A DNA stretch of 64,000 bases from Deltaproteobacteria bacterium (lineage in GTDB: Bacteria; Chloroflexota; Dehalococcoidia; Dehalococcoidales; BS750m-G39): NCBI GenBank assembly GCA_030603275.1, contig JAUVYB010000006.1, positions 5,205 to 69,204 on the forward strand, in the 5' to 3' direction. The notes under the pieces were generated by a model. It was not told where the DNA came from. It did no database searches and saw only the letters and a list, made by a program, of their open reading frames with translations. Both the position numbers and the translations under genes were made by a program. Shown piece by piece: positions 44,495 to 53,501 of this stretch. Position 1 is the first letter of the stretch. The number at the start of each line of letters is the position of its first letter.

Positions 44495-44642
44495 GATCGA
44501 GGTTAAGGTAACCTGGCGTTTCGCCTGGGCTTTATACTGGAGAATGCTGCTTATGGGCCTGGGAATAGCTTTCGTAGCCTGGCTAATTTTGCTTATAGTA
44601 GCTACGGTGATAGGCGGGGCATTTTTATGCCCTTTATTATAG
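44487..44642 (+). CDS. candidate 51-aa small membrane protein
   Basis: Not in the track because it is under 60 aa. AAAGGAGGTG (44471-44480) lies 6 nt before the ATG at 44487. The translation is MDEIEVKVTWRFAWALYWRMLLMGLGIAFVAWLILLIVATVIGGAFLCPLL, with one or two hydrophobic spans. It overlaps the cimA 3' end by 8 nt. Confidence 0.35.
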   Translation: MDEIEVKVTWRFAWALYWRMLLMGLGIAFVAWLILLIVATVIGGAFLCPLL

Positions 44643-44669
44643 GCGGCTTTTAGTCTGGCCTGCCTATAT

Positions 44670-45575
44670 CTACTTGGCTTTGGACCAGGGTTCCACACTG
44701 AGGTATTTCCAGCCGGCATCGGCTAAAACGGCCACAATATTGCCTTCAGCCATCTCTACGGCGACCTTGACCGCTTGATGGACTACCGACCCAGAAGACA
44801 AACCGGCAAAAATACCCTCCTTTTCCAGAAGCTGCCTTGTTGCCTCTGCCGCCTGCTGGCTGGTAACAGTGGTCTTCTCGGTAAGCAGAGAGGCATCCCA
44901 GAAAGGTGGCATCTCTTCCCCCAGGCACTTTAAGCCCTGGATACTGTCACCAATGGGCGGCTCGACTCCGATTACCCTGACATGGGGGTATTTCTCCCTA
45001 AACCGGCGGGCAACGCCCGTTAGCGTGCCTCCGGTGCCGATACCGGCCACCAGAACGTCAATCTTATCATAAGGGAAATCGTTTAATATCTCGACGGCGG
45101 TAGTCTCGTAATGTGCCAGAGGGTTAGCCGGATTGGAGAACTGGTCAGGCATAAAGTATTTCTTGTCCTGGGCTACCATTTCCCTGGCGGTAGCTATGGC
45201 TTTTGCCATGCCAAAAGCCCCTTTGGTCAGGATAAGCTCGGCACCAAAGATTTTGAGCAACTGCCGCCTCTCCAGACTCATGCTATCGGGCATAACGATG
45301 GTGACCTTATAGCCTTTCTGACGCCCCAGCCAGGCCAGAGCTATACCGGTATTGCCGCTGGTGGCTTCCAGGATAATCTTGTCCCTGGTTAGCTCTCCGC
45401 TACGCTCCGCCTCCTCTATCATGTACTTGGCCACCCGGTCCTTCATACTGGCACTCCCCCCCAGGTTCTGCCCCTCCAGCTTGGCCAGGATTTTCACCTT
45501 TTTATTAGGGGTCGTTTGACCCAGTTCAACCAACGGTGTATGCCCCAGAGCCTCGATAACATTTTTAAAATACAT
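44670..45575 (-). CDS. cysK: cysteine synthase (O-acetylserine sulfhydrylase), PLP-dependent
   Basis: 301 aa; PLP Lys context GGSASMKDR, TSGNTGIALA and GIGTGGTLTG. Confidence 0.92.
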   Translation of the reverse strand: MYFKNVIEALGHTPLVELGQTTPNKKVKILAKLEGQNLGGSASMKDRVAKYMIEEAERSGELTRDKIILEATSGNTGIALAWLGRQKGYKVTIVMPDSMSLERRQLLKIFGAELILTKGAFGMAKAIATAREMVAQDKKYFMPDQFSNPANPLAHYETTAVEILNDFPYDKIDVLVAGIGTGGTLTGVARRFREKYPHVRVIGVEPPIGDSIQGLKCLGEEMPPFWDASLLTEKTTVTSQQAAEATRQLLEKEGIFAGLSSGSVVHQAVKVAVEMAEGNIVAVLADAGWKYLSVEPWSKAK

Positions 45576-45579
45576 TTTT

Positions 45580-47040
45580 CTATCCTTTAACTACGCCTAT
45601 AGGTTTTGTCCTTGCCACCTTAAGTGATATACCAGCTTTGTGGGTTATGTCAACCACTTCACTCACGTCCTTGTAGGCTTCAGATGCCTCCTCAGCCAGC
45701 GAAGCCATGCTGCCGGCTTTAACCGTAATACCCCTGTCCGCCAGCACCCGGGCAACATCAGCGCCACGAAGGCTGCGCCTGGCCGCCCCCCGGCTCTGCA
45801 CCCTGCCGGCACCGTGGCAGGTGGAGCCGAAGGTCTCTTTCATAGCCGCCTCGGTGCCCAGCGCCACATAGGAGTAGCGACCCATGTCCCCGGGAATGAG
45901 AACCGGCTGGCCGAAATTCCGGTAGACATCAGGGACATCAGGGTGTCCCGCGGGAAAAGCCCGGGTCGCCCCCTTGCGGTGAACGCAAAGCTTCTCTTTT
46001 TTACCGTTAATAGTATAGTCCTCCAGCTTGGCGATGTTATGGCAGACATCGTAAATCTGCCTCATGCCCAGTTCTTCCTGGCTCTTGCCAAAGACCCTGC
46101 TGAAAGATTCCCTGGCCCAGTGCAGGATGAACTGGCGGTTGGCCCAGGCGTAGTTAGCGGCGCATGACATCGCCGCCAGGTAGTCCTGTCCCTCCGGCGA
46201 ACTAATCGGGGCACAGGCAAGCTGGCGGTCGGGCAGACTGATGCCGTATCTCTTTACCGCCTCCCCCAGTAAGGCCACATAGTCTGTGCAAATCTGGTGA
46301 CCAAAGCCCCGGGAGCCTGTATGTATCAGCAACAGCACCTGCCCCAGAGACTCAATGCCCATCGCCTTAGCCGCCCCGGCATCATAGAGCTCATCCACCA
46401 CCCCCACCTCCAGGAAGTGGTTACCCGAGCCCAGAGTCCCCAGCTGGGGGATACCCCGCTTTCTAGCCTTACTACCGACCTTGTCCGGGTTAGCCCCCTT
46501 CATACTGCCAGACTCTTCGGTAACAATAATATCCTCAGGCAAACCATAGCCCTTTTCCATTGCCCAGCGGCTGCCCTTGACCATAACCTCTTCCAGCTCT
46601 TTTTCCTTGACCCTTATCTTGCCCTCCGAACCCAGACCCGAAGGAATATTGACGAAAAGCTGGTTGATCAGCTGCTCGATTTTGGGTCTTACCTCACCCT
46701 CGGTCAGACTGGTCCGCACCAGCCTGACACCGCAGTTAATATCAAAACCAACGCCGCCGGGCGAAACTACCCCATCCCTTACCCTGGTGGCCGCCACCCC
46801 ACCTATAGGGAAGCCGTAGCCCCAGTGAATATCGGGCATCGCCAGCGAGTTGCGGACGATGCCGGGGAGAAAAGCAACATTAGCTACCTGCTCAAAGGCC
46901 TGCTCCTCCCAGCTATGACCGAGCATGGCTTCGCTGGCAAAGATAAGACCGGGCACCAACATGCCAGCCTTGTAGCTGGTCGGTATCTCCCAGCGGTAGT
47001 CGTCTATCTTCCTTACTATTTCCTTCCAGGGTGCCGACAT
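45580..47040 (-). CDS. rtcB: RNA-splicing ligase RtcB
   Basis: 486 aa; motifs PDIHWGYGFPIGG, GFDINCGVR, SGNHFLE, HTGSRGFG and STCHGAGR. Confidence 0.97.
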   Translation of the reverse strand: MSAPWKEIVRKIDDYRWEIPTSYKAGMLVPGLIFASEAMLGHSWEEQAFEQVANVAFLPGIVRNSLAMPDIHWGYGFPIGGVAATRVRDGVVSPGGVGFDINCGVRLVRTSLTEGEVRPKIEQLINQLFVNIPSGLGSEGKIRVKEKELEEVMVKGSRWAMEKGYGLPEDIIVTEESGSMKGANPDKVGSKARKRGIPQLGTLGSGNHFLEVGVVDELYDAGAAKAMGIESLGQVLLLIHTGSRGFGHQICTDYVALLGEAVKRYGISLPDRQLACAPISSPEGQDYLAAMSCAANYAWANRQFILHWARESFSRVFGKSQEELGMRQIYDVCHNIAKLEDYTINGKKEKLCVHRKGATRAFPAGHPDVPDVYRNFGQPVLIPGDMGRYSYVALGTEAAMKETFGSTCHGAGRVQSRGAARRSLRGADVARVLADRGITVKAGSMASLAEEASEAYKDVSEVVDITHKAGISLKVARTKPIGVVKG

Positions 47041-47051
47041 TTTAACCTCAA

Positions 47052-47468
47052 TTAAATATCAAGTAACACCTGAACCCGGTAGCCATCAGTTTTATCCACC
47101 TTAAGCATGTGGTAAGTGGCCGCCTTGACCCCAGTTTTCAGTTTGTGCTTTGAGCTATCTACCTTCTCTCCGTAGCTTCTAGCCTTGAGCCGGGTATCGT
47201 TAAGCTGGATAATATCAAACCGCTTAAAAAGAATGCCCTCAGCGTCAAAGCGGTAAATAAGCTCGTTTAACCACCCCACCAGCAGGCTCTCCTCATCGCT
47301 AGCGGTCAGCTCTATATCCCGATACAGGACCTCCTCCACATCATCAAGCTCGGTTATCAGGCTGAACAAAGCCCTAGCCGCATTGGCAAACGCCTGGTTC
47401 AAGTCAGTACCATAGGCGATAACGCCAACGTCAGCGGTATGGTCTAAAATTTCAAAGTCCTTCCCCAT
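47052..47468 (-). CDS. archease (RtcB activator)
   Basis: 138 aa. The N-terminus reads FEILDHTADVG and the C-terminus KAATYHML. It lies immediately upstream of rtcB. Confidence 0.9.
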   Translation of the reverse strand: MGKDFEILDHTADVGVIAYGTDLNQAFANAARALFSLITELDDVEEVLYRDIELTASDEESLLVGWLNELIYRFDAEGILFKRFDIIQLNDTRLKARSYGEKVDSSKHKLKTGVKAATYHMLKVDKTDGYRVQVLLDI

Positions 47469-47539
47469 AGCTATTGGTTATTAAATTATATCACCTAGCC
47501 TTACAAATAAAAATCACCCCTAAAAAAGGTTTCGCCCCA

Positions 47540-47725
47540 CTCCTAGAGGGTGGTTGCCTCCCCACCCAACCCACCCTCTAGAAGTAATACTTCTATCAAT
47601 TTCTTTTTATTTGCCCCTTTATCCCCCCACCTCACGAGGGAGAAAAAATTAACGCCACCCCAATTGGGGGGGTGGGGTTAAAGATTCTTTAAAAGGTAAA
47701 ACCTTTTGGGCGGGTGGGTATGGTA
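47540..47725. repeat. C-run/G-run inverted-repeat element (family A), copy 3
   Basis: CTAGAGGGTGG (47543-47553) and CCACCCTCTAG (47571-47581) form a perfect 11-bp inverted repeat around CCCACCCAACCCACCC (47561-47576). The right arm is AAAAGGTAAAACCTTTTGGGCGGGTGGGTATGG (47691-47723). Confidence 0.8.
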
Positions 47726-47738
47726 AGAAAAACCCACT

Positions 47739-47767
47739 TTGAGGCTTTTGCCACTATCTAGTATAAT
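47739..47767 (+). promoter_or_regulatory. sigma70-type promoter of the 47799 gene
   Basis: TTGAGG (47739-47744), 17 nt, TATAAT (47762-47767). AGGAG (47786-47790) lies 8 nt before the ATG at 47799. The track's TTG start at 47739 is the -35 box. Confidence 0.5.
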
Positions 47768-47798
47768 GTTAGTAGGAATAACGCCAGGAGATTTTAAG

Positions 47799-48389
47799 AT
47801 GGGTGATATCAGGAGCGCTCGTGAGATAGCTATGGAGAAGGTGGAGGAGCTGGGCGCAGTGACCGAAGAGGAGCGCCTGAGATGGAAATACGTCCCCGAA
47901 GGGGAAAAACTGGCCGCCAGATACCTGAAGCAAAACCTGAACCTGGCTACCGAAATGGGCAAGTACGACGAGAAGGCGGCCAGTTACATCAAAGAGGGAG
48001 CCAGCGAAGTACTGATAAGGAATATCAACCTGTCCCAGGACGAATCAACCAGGAATACCAACAAAAAGGCAATGGAGGGCTTAAAGAGCCTGAAGAAGGA
48101 TAAAATAGGCTTGGAGAATATTTTCAGCAGGATAAGAAACGTCTTCACCCACTACGCAGAGCAGGGTGAGCAGCAGAGAAGGCAGGCTTATGAGCAACTA
48201 AAGGCTGATTTTGGCACCAAGGTCCAGCAGGCAATACAGCAGCAGCTGGGTACGACAGCAGGATTAAAGATAGATATAGAGAAGCAGCCGCAGTTCCAGG
48301 AAGAGTGGCGCAAGCTGCTGGCACAGCTAGATTCGCAGTATATCAACCTCCTCAACGAATATAAACAGGAGCTATCGGCTATAGTCTAG
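47799..48389 (+). CDS. hypothetical protein (helical, K/E/Q-rich)
   Basis: 196 aa from the ATG with a good SD; I recognise no family. The start is revised from the track. Confidence 0.6.
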   Translation: MGDIRSAREIAMEKVEELGAVTEEERLRWKYVPEGEKLAARYLKQNLNLATEMGKYDEKAASYIKEGASEVLIRNINLSQDESTRNTNKKAMEGLKSLKKDKIGLENIFSRIRNVFTHYAEQGEQQRRQAYEQLKADFGTKVQQAIQQQLGTTAGLKIDIEKQPQFQEEWRKLLAQLDSQYINLLNEYKQELSAIV

Positions 48390-48398
48390 GAAATAACG

Positions 48399-49106
48399 AT
48401 GGATATTGAGGACGAAAGGATTATAGACGCCGTTAAGCGTACCGAGATATTAAGACCGCCCAAGCGGAGCCTGGCTACCTTCGGCACGACCAATGTATAC
48501 TACTATCTGGTTACCGAGCCTGCCTACGCCGAGCTGGTGGAGGCTACCACCGAAACGGTGGTTAGAGAAGGCAGGATAATCGCCGAAAGACCAAGAATCG
48601 TAACTCCCTACTACCTTTCCCACCTCGAAGGCTTTAGCTCGGAGGCCAGAAAATACTTTGATACCCTAGTTAATACCCACGGCCCTAACGCCCCGGGGCT
48701 GTTTTACACCTACAAGAACGAGCCTAAGGAGCTAAACATCGTTTCCGATAACCTGCAGGCTGTAGTAGATAAAATAAATAGTGATATTGATAAGCGGGGC
48801 GACCCGCTAGCCTCTATCATCAGGGGACAGGATGATCTCTGGGATGTGTCATTGATGAAATTTCTCTATGAAATGACCCGAAGCTCCATAGCCGATAACC
48901 TTCAGCAGATGGGGAACAAAGGGCTTCTGGATATAGACGCCAGGGGTATCCCCACCAACGTCAAAATAAGGATTGAGAAGCTCTTTGAATCAGCTCACAA
49001 AGGCGACATCGAGCCCAAGGAGTTGAAGGAGGAGATCGACCGCTGGGGCGTGTTTGATGATTATGAAGACAGGTTCTTCGCCCTTTTCGGAGGGGGGCGG
49101 CGGTAA
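48399..49106 (+). CDS. hypothetical protein
   Basis: 235 aa, 9 nt after the previous gene. I recognise no motif. Confidence 0.6.
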   Translation: MDIEDERIIDAVKRTEILRPPKRSLATFGTTNVYYYLVTEPAYAELVEATTETVVREGRIIAERPRIVTPYYLSHLEGFSSEARKYFDTLVNTHGPNAPGLFYTYKNEPKELNIVSDNLQAVVDKINSDIDKRGDPLASIIRGQDDLWDVSLMKFLYEMTRSSIADNLQQMGNKGLLDIDARGIPTNVKIRIEKLFESAHKGDIEPKELKEEIDRWGVFDDYEDRFFALFGGGRR

Positions 49107-49198
49107 TAAACCTCACAAAATCTTCGATTTTGCGGGGGCCCCAGCAAGGGTGCAGAATTTTAATTAAAAAGCCGGGGAAGAAACGGACTTAAGATAGC

Positions 49199-50077
49199 AT
49201 GTATAACGAACAGGTGATAGTAAGACCACCCAGTGAAGCCAACAGCTTCCTGCTGCCGGTAACCCTTGGCTGCTCCCATAACAAGTGTACCTTCTGTGGC
49301 ACCTTTACCGGGATTAAATTCAGGATAAGGCCCCTCGAAGATATCAAACGGGATATTGATAAGGTGGCTGAGAACTACAGCTGGAGCATGAGGCGGGTAT
49401 TCCTGGAAAACGGGGATGCCCTAATCTGCCCCCAGCGTAGATTGGTGGAGGTGCTGAAATATCTGAGCGAGAAGTTCCCCCGCCTGCACCGCATTGGCAC
49501 CTATGCCACACCCCAGTCGGCTCTGATAAAGAGTGTCGACGAGCTCAAAGAACTAAACCAGCTCGGGCTCAAGATTGCCTATCTGGGGGTGGAGACGGGA
49601 GATGAGGAGCTGCTCAAGAAAATCAATAAGGGGGCCAGCTACGATGAGATTGTGGAGGCGGGAAGAAAGATAAAGCAGGCCGGCATTACGCTTTCGGTTA
49701 CGGTAATACTGGGGCTGGGGGGCATTGAAGGCAGCAAGCGGCACGCCCTGGGCACCGCCAGGATACTCACCGACCTTGACCCCGATTTTGCCGGCGCCCT
49801 CACTATAATGCTTGTCCCCGGCACACCCCTGCACAAAGAGTGGGAGGATGGTAAATTCACCCTCATCTCGCCGTTTCAGTCTCTGGAAGAGCTAAAGATA
49901 ATAATAGAAAACTCCAACTTTACCAACTGTTTCTTCACCGCCAACCACGCCTCCAACTATCTGCCGATTAAGGCACGCTTGCCCCAGCAAAAGGCGGAGA
50001 TACTAAAGTTGATAGACGAGGTCTTAACCAGTAAGGATATGTCCCGGCTGCGCCCCGAGTTTATCCGGGCTCTATAA
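49199..50077 (+). CDS. radical SAM protein with CX4CX2C cluster motif
   Basis: 292 aa. LGCSHNKCTFCG (DNA tgc tcc cat aac aag tgt acc ttc tgt) spaces the three Cys as CX4CX2C rather than CX3CX2C. A GDAL-type SAM-binding stretch (ENGDALI) is present. Confidence 0.8.
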   Translation: MYNEQVIVRPPSEANSFLLPVTLGCSHNKCTFCGTFTGIKFRIRPLEDIKRDIDKVAENYSWSMRRVFLENGDALICPQRRLVEVLKYLSEKFPRLHRIGTYATPQSALIKSVDELKELNQLGLKIAYLGVETGDEELLKKINKGASYDEIVEAGRKIKQAGITLSVTVILGLGGIEGSKRHALGTARILTDLDPDFAGALTIMLVPGTPLHKEWEDGKFTLISPFQSLEELKIIIENSNFTNCFFTANHASNYLPIKARLPQQKAEILKLIDEVLTSKDMSRLRPEFIRAL

Positions 50078-50095
50078 AAGAAGGGCGGTTCAAGC

Positions 50096-50743
50096 GTGAA
50101 TATTTCGGTAATTGAAGCCAGAGACCTTGCCGAGGCCTGGTTCCTCTGCCTGCGCAAGACCCTGACCGAGGGGTATGAGTACAAGATTGACCGCGGCAGT
50201 TACGCCGGTCAGCACCGCAAAGAGCTCGACTTCGTCGTGGTCAAGGTTAAGAACCCAGGAACTAAACCAATAATACCGTCCATACCTCAGGGTATACCAC
50301 CGCCTACCTCCATGGAATATATAGAAGACTATCTCCCCTATCTTATGACCGCCCATAAAAGGGAGGGCGAGCAGTATACCTACGGTCAATACCTGGAAAA
50401 GCAGATACCGAAAGTAATCGAAATGTATAAGCAGGACGGCCATAATACCAACCAGGGTTTTATGGCCGTGGGCGATGCCGAATCCATAAAACTCGATGAC
50501 CCCCCATGCCTCAGGTCGATAGATACCCGGATACGCGATAACAGGCTTCACTTTTTCGTCTATTTCCGCTCCTGGGACCTATGGGCCGGTTTCCCCTCAA
50601 ACCTGGCCGCTATTCAGCTACTCAAGGAGTATATGGCCAGCGAGATAGGGGTTGATGACGGCGAGCTGGTTGCCACCAGCAAGGGGATGCACCTCTATGA
50701 ATATTCCTGGGAGCTAGCCAGAATTGCCGCAAGAATGACATAG
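50096..50743 (+). CDS. thymidylate synthase (ThyA)-like protein, short archaeal type
   Basis: 215 aa, GTG start. DDPPCLRSID (catalytic Cys context) and YFRSWDLWAGFPSNLAA align with the ThyA PCH and YQRS.D...G.PFNIA motifs. Confidence 0.7.
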   Translation: MNISVIEARDLAEAWFLCLRKTLTEGYEYKIDRGSYAGQHRKELDFVVVKVKNPGTKPIIPSIPQGIPPPTSMEYIEDYLPYLMTAHKREGEQYTYGQYLEKQIPKVIEMYKQDGHNTNQGFMAVGDAESIKLDDPPCLRSIDTRIRDNRLHFFVYFRSWDLWAGFPSNLAAIQLLKEYMASEIGVDDGELVATSKGMHLYEYSWELARIAARMT

Positions 50744-50751
50744 GAGGTCAG

Positions 50752-51453
50752 ATGAAAGACATAGTATCTCCGGAAATACTTGCTAAATTCCCCGATTATG
50801 TTCGGGGGGTGGTTATCGCGCGGGGGGTTGATAACAACGGTGAAAAAAAGCAGCTGGTCGAACTGCTGCGAAAGGTTGTACAAGAGGCTACTAAAGACGA
50901 GTCCCTGCAGGACATCAAAAACCATCCCCGTATAGCCCCCTGGCGGCAGGCTTATTCCGATTTCGGCACCAACCCCAATAAGTTTTATTGCTCTATTGAG
51001 TCACTGGGAAGACGGGCGCGGCGAGGTGACCAGCTGCCCTATATCAATACCCTGGTAGCTTTGTTTAACTACTTTTCCATAAAACACATGGTGCCCAGTG
51101 GCGGCGATGACCTGGGCTCGGCCGAGGGAGACCTCCGCCTTACCCTGGCTAAGGGTGATGAGCCGTTTACCCCGCTGGGCTCGGAGGCTATTGAGTACCC
51201 CTCACCCGGCGAGGTGATTTATGTTGATAATTCCAAGGTAATGTGCCGGCGCTGGAACTGGAGGCAGGGCGACCAGACCAAGCTCAGCCCGGCCACTCGA
51301 AATGTAGCCATAAATGTGGACTGCCTGCCGCCGGTGTCAAAGGACGAGGCTAAAGCCATAACCGGAGAACTGGCCGAGCTGGTGCGGGAGTTCTGCGGGG
51401 GTGAGGTGAAGTATTTTCTGCTTGATGCTATTCAGAACGAGGTTGAGATATAA
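50752..51453 (+). CDS. B3/B4 tRNA-binding-domain protein (PheT B3_4-like)
   Basis: 233 aa. The pattern HPRIAPWRQAY..FG.NP...CSIESLGRRARRGDQLPYINTLV..FNYFSIKHMVPSGGDDL resembles stand-alone B3/4 domain proteins. Confidence 0.65.
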   Translation: MKDIVSPEILAKFPDYVRGVVIARGVDNNGEKKQLVELLRKVVQEATKDESLQDIKNHPRIAPWRQAYSDFGTNPNKFYCSIESLGRRARRGDQLPYINTLVALFNYFSIKHMVPSGGDDLGSAEGDLRLTLAKGDEPFTPLGSEAIEYPSPGEVIYVDNSKVMCRRWNWRQGDQTKLSPATRNVAINVDCLPPVSKDEAKAITGELAELVREFCGGEVKYFLLDAIQNEVEI

Positions 51454-51486
51454 CCTGTTCTTGCCCCCAACCCAACATAAAGCTCC

Positions 51487-52278
51487 ATGTCTCAAGACGG
51501 AGGATTAGCCGTGAGCCAAATTGATGCCGCCGCCAATATGATTGCCCAATCAAAAAAGCTGGTGGTCTTTACAGGCGCCGGCCTGAGCACCGAATCAGGC
51601 ATCTCCGATTTCCGCAGTCCGGGAGGAGTCTGGAGCCGATTCGACCCCAGCGAATTTACCTTCCAGAAGTTTCTATCCAGCGAGGAGAGCCGGGAAAAAT
51701 ACTGGGAATTTTCCACCTCATCCTGGGGTGAGATGGCGGCGGCTCAACCTAACCCCGGTCACCATGCTATCGCCGAACTGGACAGTATAGGCAAGCTGGA
51801 CTGCGTTATTACCCAGAATATCGACGGCTTGCACCAGAGGTCCGGAATCCCGGAGGAAAAGGTAATTGAACTGCACGGGACAGCCCGGTGGGTCAGCTGC
51901 CTGGAGTGCGGGCAAAGATACCCCAGGGAGCAAATCCAGGGCAGGCTTAGCTCGGGAATAAAGGTGCCGCGGTGCGATAGCTGCGGCGGAATCATGAAAC
52001 CAGCTACCATTTCCTTCGGTCAAGCCATGCCGGAACGGGAAACCCGCCAAGCCGAAAACAGGGCAGCCGCCTGTGACCTGTTCTTGGTCGCCGGCTCTTC
52101 GCTGGTAGTCTATCCCGCCGCCCAGATGCCACTAATCGCCAAGGAGAGCGGCGCCAGATTGATTATCGTTAACCTGACGCCAACCCCCCACGACCCCCAC
52201 GCTGATATTGTCATCCACGACCAGACCGGCCCGGCGCTGTCTCAAATCATTGACCGGGTAAAGGCATATTTAAGTTGA
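51487..52278 (+). CDS. cobB: NAD-dependent protein deacylase (sirtuin)
   Basis: 263 aa; motifs GAGLSTESGISDFRSPGG, QNIDGLH and ELHG, with a Zn ribbon CLECG...CDSCGG. Confidence 0.93.
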   Translation: MSQDGGLAVSQIDAAANMIAQSKKLVVFTGAGLSTESGISDFRSPGGVWSRFDPSEFTFQKFLSSEESREKYWEFSTSSWGEMAAAQPNPGHHAIAELDSIGKLDCVITQNIDGLHQRSGIPEEKVIELHGTARWVSCLECGQRYPREQIQGRLSSGIKVPRCDSCGGIMKPATISFGQAMPERETRQAENRAAACDLFLVAGSSLVVYPAAQMPLIAKESGARLIIVNLTPTPHDPHADIVIHDQTGPALSQIIDRVKAYLS

Positions 52279-53495
52279 GACTTAAACTGGTTGTCCTCAC
52301 TCTACTGTCACTCTGTTTACTCGGCGGGAGCTGCGCTACCTCCCCCGATTTTGATAGCTCTCTAAAATCGATAGTCAAACCCTATCAATTCAGTATTGCA
52401 CAGTGGGAACTCAAAGCCCTACCGGACGAAGTGAATGACTATGTTTTCAACAAGGGAGAAAGGGTTGAAGATAAAGTCGGTGTGGTCGTTGAGTATTTTA
52501 ACCTGATTAAGCAGATAAAAAGCCTTGAAGCAGAAATTGCCGCCGTTAACGCCGGTTATAAAGCGGGTGATTTAGCCTCACTTGAATCTGAACTGAACAG
52601 ACTACAACAGCAAAAAGCGGCTCTAACCGACGGAGTGGAAAAAATAATAGCCGAGCAGATAAAAGAGGTGCTGGCGGAGCAGGGTATCTATCATCCTCTA
52701 GATAATTACATCAAATGGAAGGTCGGCTTCCCACCGCTGATTTTTAGACTGGAGCCACCGCCGCACCTGCTGGTGGTTTCCCCCAGGGACAGGATAGAAA
52801 GCCTGAGAGAGATTCACCTGCAACAAGACCTGAGCGTGGCGGCAATGGAGAGCATTGAGGAGCAGGCAGATAAATTGGGTGTCTCCTCACTGGTGGTAGG
52901 GCTGGGAGGGCTGGGGACATATCCCGCCTTCGTCATTGACGACGCCAGCCTGCAGTTTACCATCAACGCCGCCACCGAGGAATGGCTGCACAACTACCTG
53001 ACCTTTAAGCCGCTGGGATTTCTATATTTGCTTGATTTAACCGGCATATCCCGCAATTATGAGATTGCCACCATAAACGAAACCGTAGTTGGCATAGCCA
53101 GTAAGGAGATCGGTGCCATCGTCTATCAAAAATTCTATTCTGACTATGAAAATAGTCCCCAGGCACCGGTAGAGGAGCCAGAGGTCGACTTCAACCAGGA
53201 AATGAGAGAAATAAGACAGATAGTCGACACATACCTAGCTCAGGGGGAAATCAGCCAGGCCGAAGAATACATGGAACAGAAACGGCAATATTTGGCCTCC
53301 ATGGGCTACTATATCAGAAAGCTGAACCAGGCCTATTTTGCCTTTCACGGGACTTACGCTGATAGCCCAACCTCCATAAGTCCCATCGGCGCTGAGCTAA
53401 AACAGCTGAGAGAGCAAAGCGCCTCACTAAAGGCTTTTCTGGACACCGCAGCCGCTATGACCAGCCGGCAAGACTTAAGTTTAAGCATCCAGTGA
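52275..53495 (+). CDS. secreted hypothetical protein (signal peptide, possible lipoprotein)
   Basis: 406 aa, TTG start overlapping the cobB stop. The N-terminus is MRLKLVVLTLLSLCLLGGSCATS. I recognise no family. Confidence 0.55.
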   Translation: MRLKLVVLTLLSLCLLGGSCATSPDFDSSLKSIVKPYQFSIAQWELKALPDEVNDYVFNKGERVEDKVGVVVEYFNLIKQIKSLEAEIAAVNAGYKAGDLASLESELNRLQQQKAALTDGVEKIIAEQIKEVLAEQGIYHPLDNYIKWKVGFPPLIFRLEPPPHLLVVSPRDRIESLREIHLQQDLSVAAMESIEEQADKLGVSSLVVGLGGLGTYPAFVIDDASLQFTINAATEEWLHNYLTFKPLGFLYLLDLTGISRNYEIATINETVVGIASKEIGAIVYQKFYSDYENSPQAPVEEPEVDFNQEMREIRQIVDTYLAQGEISQAEEYMEQKRQYLASMGYYIRKLNQAYFAFHGTYADSPTSISPIGAELKQLREQSASLKAFLDTAAAMTSRQDLSLSIQ

Positions 53496-53501
53496 TAGTG
53501 G

